Positions 30,017 to 39,205 of a stretch of DNA of 41,117 nucleotides are shown in pieces. The notes beneath the pieces were generated by a model, which was not told the origin of the DNA, ran no database searches, and saw nothing but the letters and a program-made list of their open reading frames with translations. This DNA comes from Candidatus Caldarchaeales archaeon. GTDB taxonomy: Archaea; Thermoproteota; Nitrososphaeria_A; Caldarchaeales; Wolframiiraptoraceae. Each line of letters opens with the position of its first letter. Positions within the stretch are counted from its first letter, which is position 1. A program made the translations under genes and the position numbers. The stretch lies in assembly GCA_039630055.1 (NCBI GenBank), contig JBCNVN010000011.1:1-41117 (forward strand). The letters run 5' to 3'.

Positions 30017-32287
30017 ATGATGTACGTCTTCTTGAAAAAGACCGCCACCTTCACATCAATATTAACAATGATAATTTTACTAGCATCTTACCCTCCACTG
30101 TACTCTCCGATGATAGGAGAAGAAGTACAGATAGATCTATCTAAGTATGATTTAGGCAGTCGAGAAGAGATTATTGAGAATTTAGGAGTACTCCGAGACC
30201 TAGAATATCTTAACTTTACTCCATCTAGAAGATATAAGATTCTGCTAGATGTGAGCGTTCCAGAGATCTATGCACCAGAGCTTTGGAGAATGAGAGATGA
30301 ATATGGTAGAAGCCTCAATGGATCTGGAGTAGCAGTAGGAATAATAGATACTGGAATAGATTATAAGCATCCAGACTTCTACTTTCCCAATGGTACATCC
30401 AAGATTCTAGCCATCTGGGATCATACCGTTGGTGGAAAGCCTCCTGAAGGCTTCAACTATGGATATGAATGTGATAGGAAGGAGATAGAAGAAGGTAGCT
30501 GTCCAGAGACAGATACAGTAGGCCACGGAACACATGTAGCATCTATAGCTGCAGGAACAGGTAGAGCGGGTCCATATATTGGGGTAGCTCCGGGAGCATA
30601 CCTGATAGTTGTAAAGACTGGTTATCCAGCATGTAATGGAACCGAGTGGTTTATCGATGAAGCTAAACTAGTGGATGGATTACGTTACCTAGTAGAGAAA
30701 GCTAGAAAACTTGGGGTTAGACTTGTCATAAATCTAAGCTTAGGATCGGATCTAGGTGGACATGATGGTTCTTCACCTCTTGAAAAACTCATAGAAAAGA
30801 TTATAGATGAAAATGTAATAGTTGTCGCAGCTGCTGGAAACTCTGCAGATGAGCAAGTACATGCGATGGGCTTTCTAGAAAAAGGAATTAGGGCTAGAGT
30901 TAGCTGGTACGTACCACCATTGACCAGAGGTCTAGCACTATCATTATGGCTAGACCATGGAGATGAGATAAACCTAATCCTTAGAACCCCTAATGGTGTA
31001 GAGCTTCAAGCACCCATATTCAATAGATTGGTGAATGGAACAAAGATAAACCTTGTTAAGAATGTTTATGATACAGGTGTAGAATGGTATCTGGAGATAG
31101 TGTCTAATCAGACTATTCAAGATGTTGGCTGGAGTATAGAGATTGAGAGTTTGAAGGTTGGGGGAAGTGGAGTATGGCATGCATGGATAGATAGTGATAC
31201 ATGTTCAGGGCTTGGAGAAAGATTTCTAGATGGAGAAGGCTACATCATCTCTTCGAACTATACTGTATCTATTCCTGCGACATCTAATAGGGTGATAGCT
31301 GTCGGTGGATATGTAACGAAGAATTCTTGGAAGAACTATGTTGGAGATGAGCTTAAGACACCATATAGATTAGGAGAGGTAGTAAGCTTTAGTGGTAGAG
31401 GTCCTACGAGGGATGGAAGAGTTAAGCCCGAGATCGTTGCACCAGGATCAGTTATAGCTGCGGCCAGACCAGTCTCTAAACAATATTCAAGATTAGATGT
31501 AGACCAATATTATACGATTAAACATGGTACGAGTATGTCTTCTCCACATGTAGCAGGCATAGTAGCCATAATCCTACAGGTTATGCCGAATGCATCTTAC
31601 GATGATGTTTTGGCTACTTTGAAGAATTCAGCTAGATGGAGTGACGAGTGGGGTGAGAGACCTAACAATCTATGGGGATGGGGAAAGCTGGATGCTAGAA
31701 TATTATATCAAATAGGGATCAGAGTAGAGGGGTTACCTGAAAATGTTTCGACGAAGATATACATAAACGGTACGGAGATGAATGCTACAGTAGATAAACC
31801 TATTGAGAAGTTCTTCTTGAAAGGTAGAGTTCAGAGTGTTCAAGCTCTAAAGATGGTGAAGGTCGGAGAGGATATTAGATACGTCGTCGAAAGAGAATCT
31901 TTCATCATAAATGATGAAGCAGACTTATCGATAAGATATTCTCCAGAATACTATCTAGAAGTAAGGTCAGAGATCGATAGAATACTTTCTAGCGGATGGT
32001 ATAAGCCGGGCATGATAGTAAGCCTTCCAGCTTTAAACTATGTATTTCCTGAAGGTTTAGAGATACTCTTCAAACCTATCTACAAGATGTATGGATGGGT
32101 TGATGAATATGGAAACACACTTGAAGATGATAAGATACTGATGAATAGACCTTATAGGATTAAAGCATTATACAGAGAAGACTATGGGCTTATGTATGCT
32201 GGATGGATCATTATCACCTCATCAATAATATTAACTGTAATAATTATTCTTAAGTGGAGAAGCTCTAATAAAGCTCATTATAGATGA
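30017..32287 (+). CDS. S8 subtilisin-like serine protease, CspA-type insertion, C-terminal membrane anchor
   Basis: Catalytic triad IIDTGID, GHGTHVA and GTSMSSPHVAG, plus oxyanion AAGNS. Also a signal peptide, a large beta-rich insert and a C-terminal TM. Confidence 0.93.
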   Translation: MMYVFLKKTATFTSILTMIILLASYPPLYSPMIGEEVQIDLSKYDLGSREEIIENLGVLRDLEYLNFTPSRRYKILLDVSVPEIYAPELWRMRDEYGRSLNGSGVAVGIIDTGIDYKHPDFYFPNGTSKILAIWDHTVGGKPPEGFNYGYECDRKEIEEGSCPETDTVGHGTHVASIAAGTGRAGPYIGVAPGAYLIVVKTGYPACNGTEWFIDEAKLVDGLRYLVEKARKLGVRLVINLSLGSDLGGHDGSSPLEKLIEKIIDENVIVVAAAGNSADEQVHAMGFLEKGIRARVSWYVPPLTRGLALSLWLDHGDEINLILRTPNGVELQAPIFNRLVNGTKINLVKNVYDTGVEWYLEIVSNQTIQDVGWSIEIESLKVGGSGVWHAWIDSDTCSGLGERFLDGEGYIISSNYTVSIPATSNRVIAVGGYVTKNSWKNYVGDELKTPYRLGEVVSFSGRGPTRDGRVKPEIVAPGSVIAAARPVSKQYSRLDVDQYYTIKHGTSMSSPHVAGIVAIILQVMPNASYDDVLATLKNSARWSDEWGERPNNLWGWGKLDARILYQIGIRVEGLPENVSTKIYINGTEMNATVDKPIEKFFLKGRVQSVQALKMVKVGEDIRYVVERESFIINDEADLSIRYSPEYYLEVRSEIDRILSSGWYKPGMIVSLPALNYVFPEGLEILFKPIYKMYGWVDEYGNTLEDDKILMNRPYRIKALYREDYGLMYAGWIIITSSIILTVIIILKWRSSNKAHYR

Positions 32288-32361
32288 TAATTAGTGAACA
32301 GACTACTTCTACTTCCATGACATATAAAAGTATGAGAGTACTTCATTCTGTTGGTTAGTTT

Positions 32362-32843
32362 ATGAAGCTTTGAGAGAACACCTTATGGGCCACGATATTT
32401 GCTGGAATAACGATCGCATTAACATCATTCCAATCCTCTTATCTATTCTAAAACATGCTTGGATAATAGATGTAAAAGATGAGGTTAGGGCTAGAGGGTT
32501 AAAGACTGGTAGCCTACCAAACAATATTGCAGAGAATATTTTAGAAGTCTATATTTCTCCTGGATATACAGTCTTCAAGATTATATCAGAAGATAAAGTT
32601 TTGATTTATGAAGATTCTTCAGGCGGTGTGCTGAATCTGACCATGCCTATAATAGAACCTAGAGAATACGTTTATCAGATAGTAAATAAAGGTGAGAACA
32701 TAGTATATTATGAGATTATAGTTAGGCTGAGGCCGTTCAAGATACTGCTTATCTTAGGAGCGGTAATAGCCATCTCAATGGCAACTATAGTAATAGCCGT
32801 AATAACATTATACGTTAAGAAAAGACGTGTAGGATGGTTATAA
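32362..32843 (+). pseudogene. Probable disrupted membrane protein (N-terminal and C-terminal TM helices)
   Basis: ATG 32362 reads MKL-TGA-ENTLWATIFAGITIAL, a hydrophobic helix that continues in another frame as IIPILLSILK of the 157-aa track ORF. Confidence 0.55.
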
Positions 32844-33207
32844 AAAATAGGGGTTAAAAATTAAAGGCACATGTGGCATATAATTTTCAAGTTATCGTTA
32901 GACCGTTAGGGGTTCAATATTCTCATTCGATAATCTGAGAAGAGAGATGTTGATATCCCTAAATAGAAGATAAAATATAGTAGTGCTTAAGTCAATGAAT
33001 TCGTGAACATATTGACGTAGGATGGATTAATGAAAATGGAATCGAAGATAATGAGATCCCGGTATAAATAAAGCGGAGGAGCTCGATGGTAAAAACTTAA
33101 AACCATTTTTAAGCTAGAATATTCTCCTCAGTTGCATCTATGACAGAACTTAAAAGCAGAAGCTATCATGCGTGTCTTAAAATTTATAGTTCGTAAGCCT
33201 CAGTTTT

Positions 33208-33255
33208 TATATAGAACCAAACGGTTTAATATATATAGAACTATATAGAACCAAA
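33208..33255. repeat. Three direct copies of TATATAGAAC(CAAA)
   Basis: Copies at 33208-33221, 33232-33241 and 33242-33255, just upstream of ORF 33269. Confidence 0.75.
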
Positions 33256-33268
33256 GAAATGTTAATAA

Positions 33269-33908
33269 TTGATGTTCTGTAAAACTCGAAAGGTAAAAAG
33301 TAAGAAAGAAAGTAAAGAGTATTTAGTATTATTAACGTCTGCTGTTACAGTAGTTCTTTTACTATGGTCTAAACATATTCTTGTTTGTCTAGGAGAGAAT
33401 ACTTGCGGTGGTATTAATTGGGCTCCTACGTTAGTGAGGTTTGGAATATACTATCGAGAATTAAATAGGATAGAGGCTTGGAAAGGAGAGTTCAAATGGT
33501 CTTCCAATGTATTTACGCAAAACGATTGGTTCGGCACTGAATATACCAGAACTGAGTCATGCACTTCTTCATGCTCAGATGATGTATACGATTTTCGTGA
33601 AGGTTTAAGAGGTTCTACATGGGATACAAACCTGCCAGGATATGTTACATACAGTCGTGAAGAGTATGTATGGCAAGATCCTTAATTGTTATATAAATAG
33701 ATGCAAAGCTGACCCTTACTGTGATGAAGAAGTCGAGATTCGTACTGAGAATGCTAAAGATATTATAGTTGGTCGAGTATACTATACTTGGGCAGAATTT
33801 CTAGTTAAGAAGTCTAATGATTATTTTGGTATGCGTTTTGAGGTGGAGGCTGAGAAAAGAAGTCAAGAATGTCAATTGACATGCGTCCACCATACAACAC
33901 CGAGTTGA
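33269..33908 (+). pseudogene. Cys/Trp-rich putative secreted protein split into two ORFs (33269-33685 and 33642-33908) at a +1 junction
   Basis: ...WQD-CCT-TAA; skipping one T continues NCYINRCKADPYCDEEVEIR..., giving ~212 aa with an N-terminal signal-like segment. Confidence 0.55.
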
Positions 33909-33919
33909 GGTGATCCAAA

Positions 33920-34837
33920 ATGTTTAAACATCCATCTTTCTATATTGTTTCCATTCTTATACTAACAGCAGTATTCTTAGGAGTTACTTTTTCATCTCAC
34001 GTTATAATACAACAAGATGCCTTAAACTCCATAAAAGCTAATGTCTTGATCGGTAAACTAATTTCGCATGAAAACTTCGCTGAATACTTTGATAAACTTC
34101 CAGAAAATGATAAAGCTGCGATAATGAATTGTATTAACGATCTCTCAAAGAAGTGGGAAACTGCTGGATATACTTCTACTTACGATCCTCCACCCGATGA
34201 AATAATCTATAAGAGTGGTGAACGTATTTCAATATGGGGTTGCCCAGATACATTTATAATGTTTAAGGTTGGAGGTCATCCTGAAACCTTAAACGATTTT
34301 AAAGATTTTATTAAGCGTCGTATTACTTTACTGAAGATCTTAGCTACTGAAGTACCAGACTATAAAATAGAAACATGGGTAAGCCCTGTAAAACCACTTA
34401 CATTACAAGAGTATGAAAGTCTCGTCTCACAATATAAATTAGAAATAATCTCAACCACTTTTAAATACATACGTAAAGATACTGGTGAATTGGTAGCTTC
34501 AGGTGGAAGATTAGGGCCTTGGTTAAGACCGCCAGAACATAGATTGGAAACAATTAAAGAAGAGCTTCTGCCTCCGGGCGTTGAGATAGATTATCGGATA
34601 GTAGCATTTGCAGTATCTTCTACAACAAGCTCTCTAATCAACTTACAGAAAGACCCTCTAATCTTAATAGTTGATATCGGTCCTCTGGATGTGCTATATC
34701 GTTATGCTAATTCAGGAGCATATATAGTGATGCGTTCACCTAAGTACTACGGTGGAGATCATCTATTGACAGCAGCGCTCCTCATAGGGTTTGATCCATA
34801 CGAATTGAAAGAATACGTGATGCAGAACATAAAGTAG
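33920..34837 (+). CDS. Hypothetical protein with N-terminal signal/TM anchor
   Basis: 305-aa ORF; GAGGTGA SD overlaps the upstream stop; hydrophobic N-terminus. Confidence 0.85.
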   Translation: MFKHPSFYIVSILILTAVFLGVTFSSHVIIQQDALNSIKANVLIGKLISHENFAEYFDKLPENDKAAIMNCINDLSKKWETAGYTSTYDPPPDEIIYKSGERISIWGCPDTFIMFKVGGHPETLNDFKDFIKRRITLLKILATEVPDYKIETWVSPVKPLTLQEYESLVSQYKLEIISTTFKYIRKDTGELVASGGRLGPWLRPPEHRLETIKEELLPPGVEIDYRIVAFAVSSTTSSLINLQKDPLILIVDIGPLDVLYRYANSGAYIVMRSPKYYGGDHLLTAALLIGFDPYELKEYVMQNIK

Positions 34838-35217
34838 AAAAACCTTTTGATCTTACTCCATTATCTATTAATTGGTAGTATCCAGTTTTAACTGCATTTA
34901 AGATTCTTTAAGATTCTTGATTATTTTAAGAAAGAGTTTTCTAGTATAGCTTAGGAGATTCTTGAAGGATAGTAAATGATTGGTGTACAAATGTTATAGA
35001 GATGGTGAGGATAGGATAAGCTTTCCAAAGCTCCTCGATCCTCTACTGTAAAGAGCTAGAACATGTATCATGACTAATGCTAAACTCTTGCATATCTCAA
35101 AGCTCAAACTCTAGTCCCATATACTTTATCCTAATTTTTCTAAGTATCACGGGCTATTGGACTTAACAAAAGATATAAAGTAGCATACCGAGACTTCGGT
35201 TAAGAGTGTAGAAGATA

Positions 35218-35469
35218 ATGGTCGAGGCAAAGTATTTTGTTAAGATAATAGAAGCTAAAAAATCTTTGAAAGTTAGTAAAGAAGTTTCAGAAATTGTGAA
35301 GAATGCTGTAGGAAGTAAGATGGTTCAAAGAATGAAGAAAGAGTATGTAGATTGCCCGGTAGCTAAGAAGCAGATACCTTTTATTGAATGCTTTTTATGT
35401 ATCTCATTTATAAGAAGGGTAAAAGGAGAGGTTCATTGTAGAGGAGAAGAATTCAGGATAAGAACATAG
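35218..35469 (+). CDS. Small basic four-Cys (putative zinc-binding) protein
   Basis: 83 aa with CP-x9-CxxC-x11-C spacing. It resembles, from memory, a conserved thaumarchaeal hypothetical protein. Confidence 0.8.
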   Translation: MVEAKYFVKIIEAKKSLKVSKEVSEIVKNAVGSKMVQRMKKEYVDCPVAKKQIPFIECFLCISFIRRVKGEVHCRGEEFRIRT

Positions 35470-35629
35470 AACTTCAATAGATTATTTAAAAGGTTAAAAT
35501 GTCTCAACATCTAATTAAGGATATCTATATTTGAAACTTTAAGATTAGAGGATAGTGTAAACCAAGTATTTAGGAGTATGAAAAGAGCTATATATAGTGT
35601 CTATTAAATAGATAATGAGGTAGCAGTGC

Positions 35630-36055
35630 TTGTCAGCGATAGCTTCTAAAAGATTTAGTGATGAGTTCTCATCACTATTGGATAAACAGATTAGAGTAAA
35701 CTTAATAAATGGTGGATCACTTGAGGGTAGGCTTTCAGCATACAATCCAACAGATTATAGCTTATGGCTCTCCGACGTAAAAGAAGTATCCGGAAAAATG
35801 ATGCCTAAAATATTCATCTCTGGAAGAAGTATAATGTCTATCGAGGTAATTGAGGCTGGTCCAAGCTTGGAGAGGCTCGCCGAGAAGATCAGTAAAATCT
35901 TCCCCAACATGGTGAGGTATATTCGTGAAGCAGACGTAATACTAGTAATGGATAGGATTAGAGTTACAAGAGATGGAGTAGTAGAGGGAAGCGGCCCGGC
36001 AGCTGAGAAGATCCAAAAGATCTATGAAGAATGGATAGCAGAGGAAAGAGTTTAA
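35630..36055 (+). CDS. Sm-like archaeal protein SmAP3 (Lsm + Lsm_C domain)
   Basis: Sm1/Sm2 motifs (LLDKQIRVNL..G..LEGRL, IFISGRSI) plus C-terminal FPNMV...VMDRIRV..GV.EGSGP.AE. Confidence 0.9.
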   Translation: MSAIASKRFSDEFSSLLDKQIRVNLINGGSLEGRLSAYNPTDYSLWLSDVKEVSGKMMPKIFISGRSIMSIEVIEAGPSLERLAEKISKIFPNMVRYIREADVILVMDRIRVTRDGVVEGSGPAAEKIQKIYEEWIAEERV

Positions 36056-36169
36056 AAGAGATGGGAGGCCTGGGACCTTGAGGGTTAGCTTGATCTATCA
36101 TAGAGCCTGTGAAGAATAAATCTTCTCTTAGATAGCTTTATGCCTCCACTATATTTCTTTGGAGAAAGA

Positions 36170-36460
36170 TTATTTTTTCTCTTCTTTTATCTTTTCAGCT
36201 TCTTCTGGAAGTAAAACTTGTACTACACCCTCTTTATTCTTTCTCATGATGACCTTCAATCTTCTCGGAGGCTTCTCTATCCCCCTACTCCATACAAGAC
36301 TATTTACTCCATTAGATATCTTGACTTCTTCTGCTTTCATATGTCTTACAGCAAATTCTCTTATTATATTTATGGCCCTCTTCGCCCTCCTACTTCTAGA
36401 AGCTTCATAGGCATCTCTTAGAGGAATTATATATGTTCTCTCTAGCTCTATCTCACTCAT
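36170..36460 (-). CDS. rpl31e: 50S ribosomal protein L31e
   Basis: ERTYIIPLR...RRAKRAI...RHMK...WSRGIEKPPRRL. ATG 36460 follows a GAGGTG SD. Confidence 0.96.
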   Translation of the reverse strand: MSEIELERTYIIPLRDAYEASRSRRAKRAINIIREFAVRHMKAEEVKISNGVNSLVWSRGIEKPPRRLKVIMRKNKEGVVQVLLPEEAEKIKEEKK

Positions 36461-36471
36461 ACAATACACCT

Positions 36472-36627
36472 CTATGTCTTGATCTTTCCACTCCTTCTCC
36501 AATGCCTCTGTTTACTATGTGTTCTAACTCTTCGACGGGTTTTAACTATCACCCATGCTGGAACAGGCCAAGCTCTCTTCAAAGCCTTCGCAAGCTTCTT
36601 CTTCAACACAAGAGTTCTAATAGTCAA
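36472..36627 (-). CDS. rpl39e: 50S ribosomal protein L39e (51 aa, missing from the ORF track)
   Basis: TTG start, [51 protein letters not shown]; canonical position upstream of rpl31e. Confidence 0.95.
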   Translation of the reverse strand: MTIRTLVLKKKLAKALKRAWPVPAWVIVKTRRRVRTHSKQRHWRRSGKIKT

Positions 36628-36736
36628 TTTTCTTCTAATTCTTTAGAGAAACCTATATATGAGTATAACTTCCAGCCAAGATGATAGATCCAGTCTAGAT
36701 ATAAACTCTAAATCTTTTCTTTTAAGTAGAATCCAG

Positions 36737-37060
36737 CTATTTTCTCACTATCCTTATCTCTCTTCTCCGCTCAGCATCCAGCTTACTAAGTATCTCTTTC
36801 AAAACATCATCTGTTATCGGAATACTTATTCTTCCAGATTGAGCTAACCTGATCAACTGTTCTTCCAGCTGCTCCACCAACTCAGGTCTTACAAGTCTGA
36901 GATTGGCAAGCCTCTGCCTAGCTTCTAGAGTAAGTATGATGCGTAGCGCAGACATCTTCTCCTGCTCTCTTCTCTTCCGTTCTTCTTCAGCAGCTTTCTG
37001 CTGTAGCTCTGCCATCTTCTTCATTCTAATCTTCTCTAACTCTTCCTCATCTATAGACAT
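36737..37060 (-). CDS. PDCD5-like DNA-binding protein
   Basis: [14 protein letters not shown]...[15 protein letters not shown]...[10 protein letters not shown]; syntenic with rps19e. Confidence 0.95.
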   Translation of the reverse strand: MSIDEEELEKIRMKKMAELQQKAAEEERKRREQEKMSALRIILTLEARQRLANLRLVRPELVEQLEEQLIRLAQSGRISIPITDDVLKEILSKLDAERRREIRIVRK

Positions 37061-37170
37061 CGCTAACCCCTAGAAATAGATAAACATGGGATAGTTTAAA
37101 GATTATCCAAGCTCAAGTATCTGATAATAGATTTTTTATATGTTTAGCCTGGATTATGAGAGTGGATATA

Positions 37171-37608
37171 TTAAGTCTTCTTCATCTCTATCTTAAGAAT
37201 AGCTTTCGCAGCTTCATCTAATAGTTCTCTACCTTTATCAGTCAGTCTTCTACCCTTCTTATCAGTCTTCTCCACCAATCCAGCACTCTCTAATTGTTGC
37301 AAGATCTTTCTAATTATTGCTCCACTACCTTTAACGAATTTTGGAGGATGATGTCCAAGCCTCCGCTTTCCACCATAAATAGTCCTCAGTCTAGATACTC
37401 CGATAGGCTCCTTCAAGTATAGTCTTCTCATGATTGAAGCCGCTCTAACATACCACCAGTCAGGATCCTGTGGAGGTCTCTCTTTATGAACACCAGTCTT
37501 GACAAACTTGGCCCAGGATGGAGGCTCAATTATTCTGCTCTCTTTTAAATAGTTAGCAACCTTCTCTATCAGCTTCCAAGGATCGACAGCCAGCAAAGGC
37601 GACACCAT
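37171..37608 (-). CDS. rps19e: 30S ribosomal protein S19e
   Basis: WAKFVKTG.HKERPP..DWWYVRAAS and GSGAIIRKILQQLE motifs. Confidence 0.97.
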   Translation of the reverse strand: MVSPLLAVDPWKLIEKVANYLKESRIIEPPSWAKFVKTGVHKERPPQDPDWWYVRAASIMRRLYLKEPIGVSRLRTIYGGKRRLGHHPPKFVKGSGAIIRKILQQLESAGLVEKTDKKGRRLTDKGRELLDEAAKAILKIEMKKT

Positions 37609-38118
37609 CTAGGATGGAAGATACTACCTATTTATTATTAAGCATATCTCTATCTCTTCTATGAAATTTTAAAGAATTTTTATGGGATCCTTTACAGATA
37701 ACTCGATAATAGATCTTGAATAGTTTTCCTCAAATCTTTGCACCGTCAATCACTTAGATAAGATCTTCATGATCATTATTATAATTGTAGAATCTTTGTC
37801 AAGGATGGGATGGTAGAGCTTTAACATACTACATTCCTCCACAATATTTCTCTTCTCCATATTACCGATCTACCTAACACTATGATTGCTCCAATCTTCT
37901 ATCTTCTACTAGATCACTACTGGATCAGCTTTGCAACCTTATCCTTCAAGCACATCAGATAAAAGAGTATCAAGCTCTCTAAACCGACTCTCTATCACAT
38001 GTTAACGCTCTTCTCTATATAGTTGGAGAAGTAGCACATCGCTGCAAAGATCATATAGTAGAGCAATACGATTTCAGGTTACGTGAAGGTGAATCCTATA
38101 TTTTTATAGAAGAAGATT

Positions 38119-38427
38119 TCAAGTCTTCTCTATCGGTATTCTTTTTACGTATCCACATCTTGTACATCTTATCACTATATGTGTACTTCTTCTATCTCTT
38201 ACTCTTATCGTGAAAGAGCCTGGTGTCCAGAAGGATGACCCACATTTCCTACAGTACGTTCTCTTATATTTTCTAGGTATTCTTATCCTAGCTTTCTGTG
38301 CTATACGTCTGGCCTGTAGTATTGCCTGCCTAGCTATCTCTGGTCTCTCAACAGCATGCTTTTTAGCAAAATCCATAAGCCTATCGATTCTATCAAGAGC
38401 GATCTTCTTAAGCTCTCTAGAAACCAA
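38119..38427 (-). CDS. rnp4: Ribonuclease P protein component 4 (Rpp21)
   Basis: IALDRIDRL...KRTYCRKC...CTRCGYVKRIP zinc ribbon. Confidence 0.93.
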   Translation of the reverse strand: MVSRELKKIALDRIDRLMDFAKKHAVERPEIARQAILQARRIAQKARIRIPRKYKRTYCRKCGSSFWTPGSFTIRVRDRRSTHIVIRCTRCGYVKRIPIEKT

Positions 38428-38514
38428 TATCCCGACTACCTAATCTAACCTATTTCAAATTCTTCTTTAATAGTTTAGCATATATCTATCCTTTAATATT
38501 ATAGGGATGGGACT

Positions 38515-39201
38515 ATGCGTAAACTCTTCTTCATAATTGTTGAAACAGCTTTGGAACTTGTTCCAAAAGAGGTCTCAAATCATCCAGCTGTAGTATCTTA
38601 CGCGAAGAAGAGAGGTAAGAAGCCTACCGAAGTTTTACTAGACAGGTCTTATCATCATGCTGCTATGCTAAAGCTTAAAGAGTCATGGAAGAGGGGTAGG
38701 CCAGACATAGCCCACTTCACTCTACTAGAGGTTCTCGGCTCCCCTCTGAACAAGTCAAACTACGTTGAAACTTATGTCGAGACTCAGAGTGGCCACATCA
38801 TCTACATCAACTCGGAGACGAGGCTACCTAGAATATATGATAGATTTAAAGGTTTGATAGAGAAGCTCTACAAAGAGTCTGTGGTAAAGTCGGATGGAAA
38901 GATACTGTTAAAGTTGGAGGAAGGTGGAATTAGAGATATAGTGAATAGATTGAAGCCTGATATTAAGATATTGTTATCTGAAAAAGGTTTACAGATGAAG
39001 TGGAGTGATCTTGGAGAGAAGATAACAGGATACGATTATCCGATGTTAATGTTAGGCGGTTTTCCAAGAGGAGATTTTAGAGAAGAGACTAGGATGAATG
39101 CAGACTTAGAGATAAGTTTATGGGGTCAGCCTCTAGAAAGCTGGATAGTATCTTCTAGAATCTTCACAATACTAGAATATTCTATTCTTGGAGTAAGCTA
39201 G
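38515..39201 (+). CDS. nep1: Small-subunit rRNA pseudouridine methyltransferase Nep1/Emg1
   Basis: LLDRSYHH, RGRPDI.H, RLPR.Y.RF.GL and GGFPRGDF motifs. Confidence 0.95.
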   Translation: MRKLFFIIVETALELVPKEVSNHPAVVSYAKKRGKKPTEVLLDRSYHHAAMLKLKESWKRGRPDIAHFTLLEVLGSPLNKSNYVETYVETQSGHIIYINSETRLPRIYDRFKGLIEKLYKESVVKSDGKILLKLEEGGIRDIVNRLKPDIKILLSEKGLQMKWSDLGEKITGYDYPMLMLGGFPRGDFREETRMNADLEISLWGQPLESWIVSSRIFTILEYSILGVS

Positions 39202-39205
39202 TAAT

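Noticed and set aside
32371-32373. Selenocysteine readthrough of the in-frame TGA
   Set aside because: The TGA lies at codon 4 of a signal-like segment with no redox motif, and a second lesion follows.
33208-33255. Mini CRISPR array
   Set aside because: Units are 10-14 bp with 0-10 bp spacing, and no cas genes are present.
34897-34920. Tandem TTTAAGATTC repeat
   Set aside because: Two short copies in AT-rich DNA; plausibly slippage or part of a terminator region.
36056-36120. Possible C/D-box sRNA after SmAP3
   Set aside because: No convincing RUGAUGA/CUGA box pair with correct spacing.
36461-36502. Extended rpl31e N-terminus in the ORF track
   Set aside because: It overlaps rpl39e; the SD supports ATG 36460.
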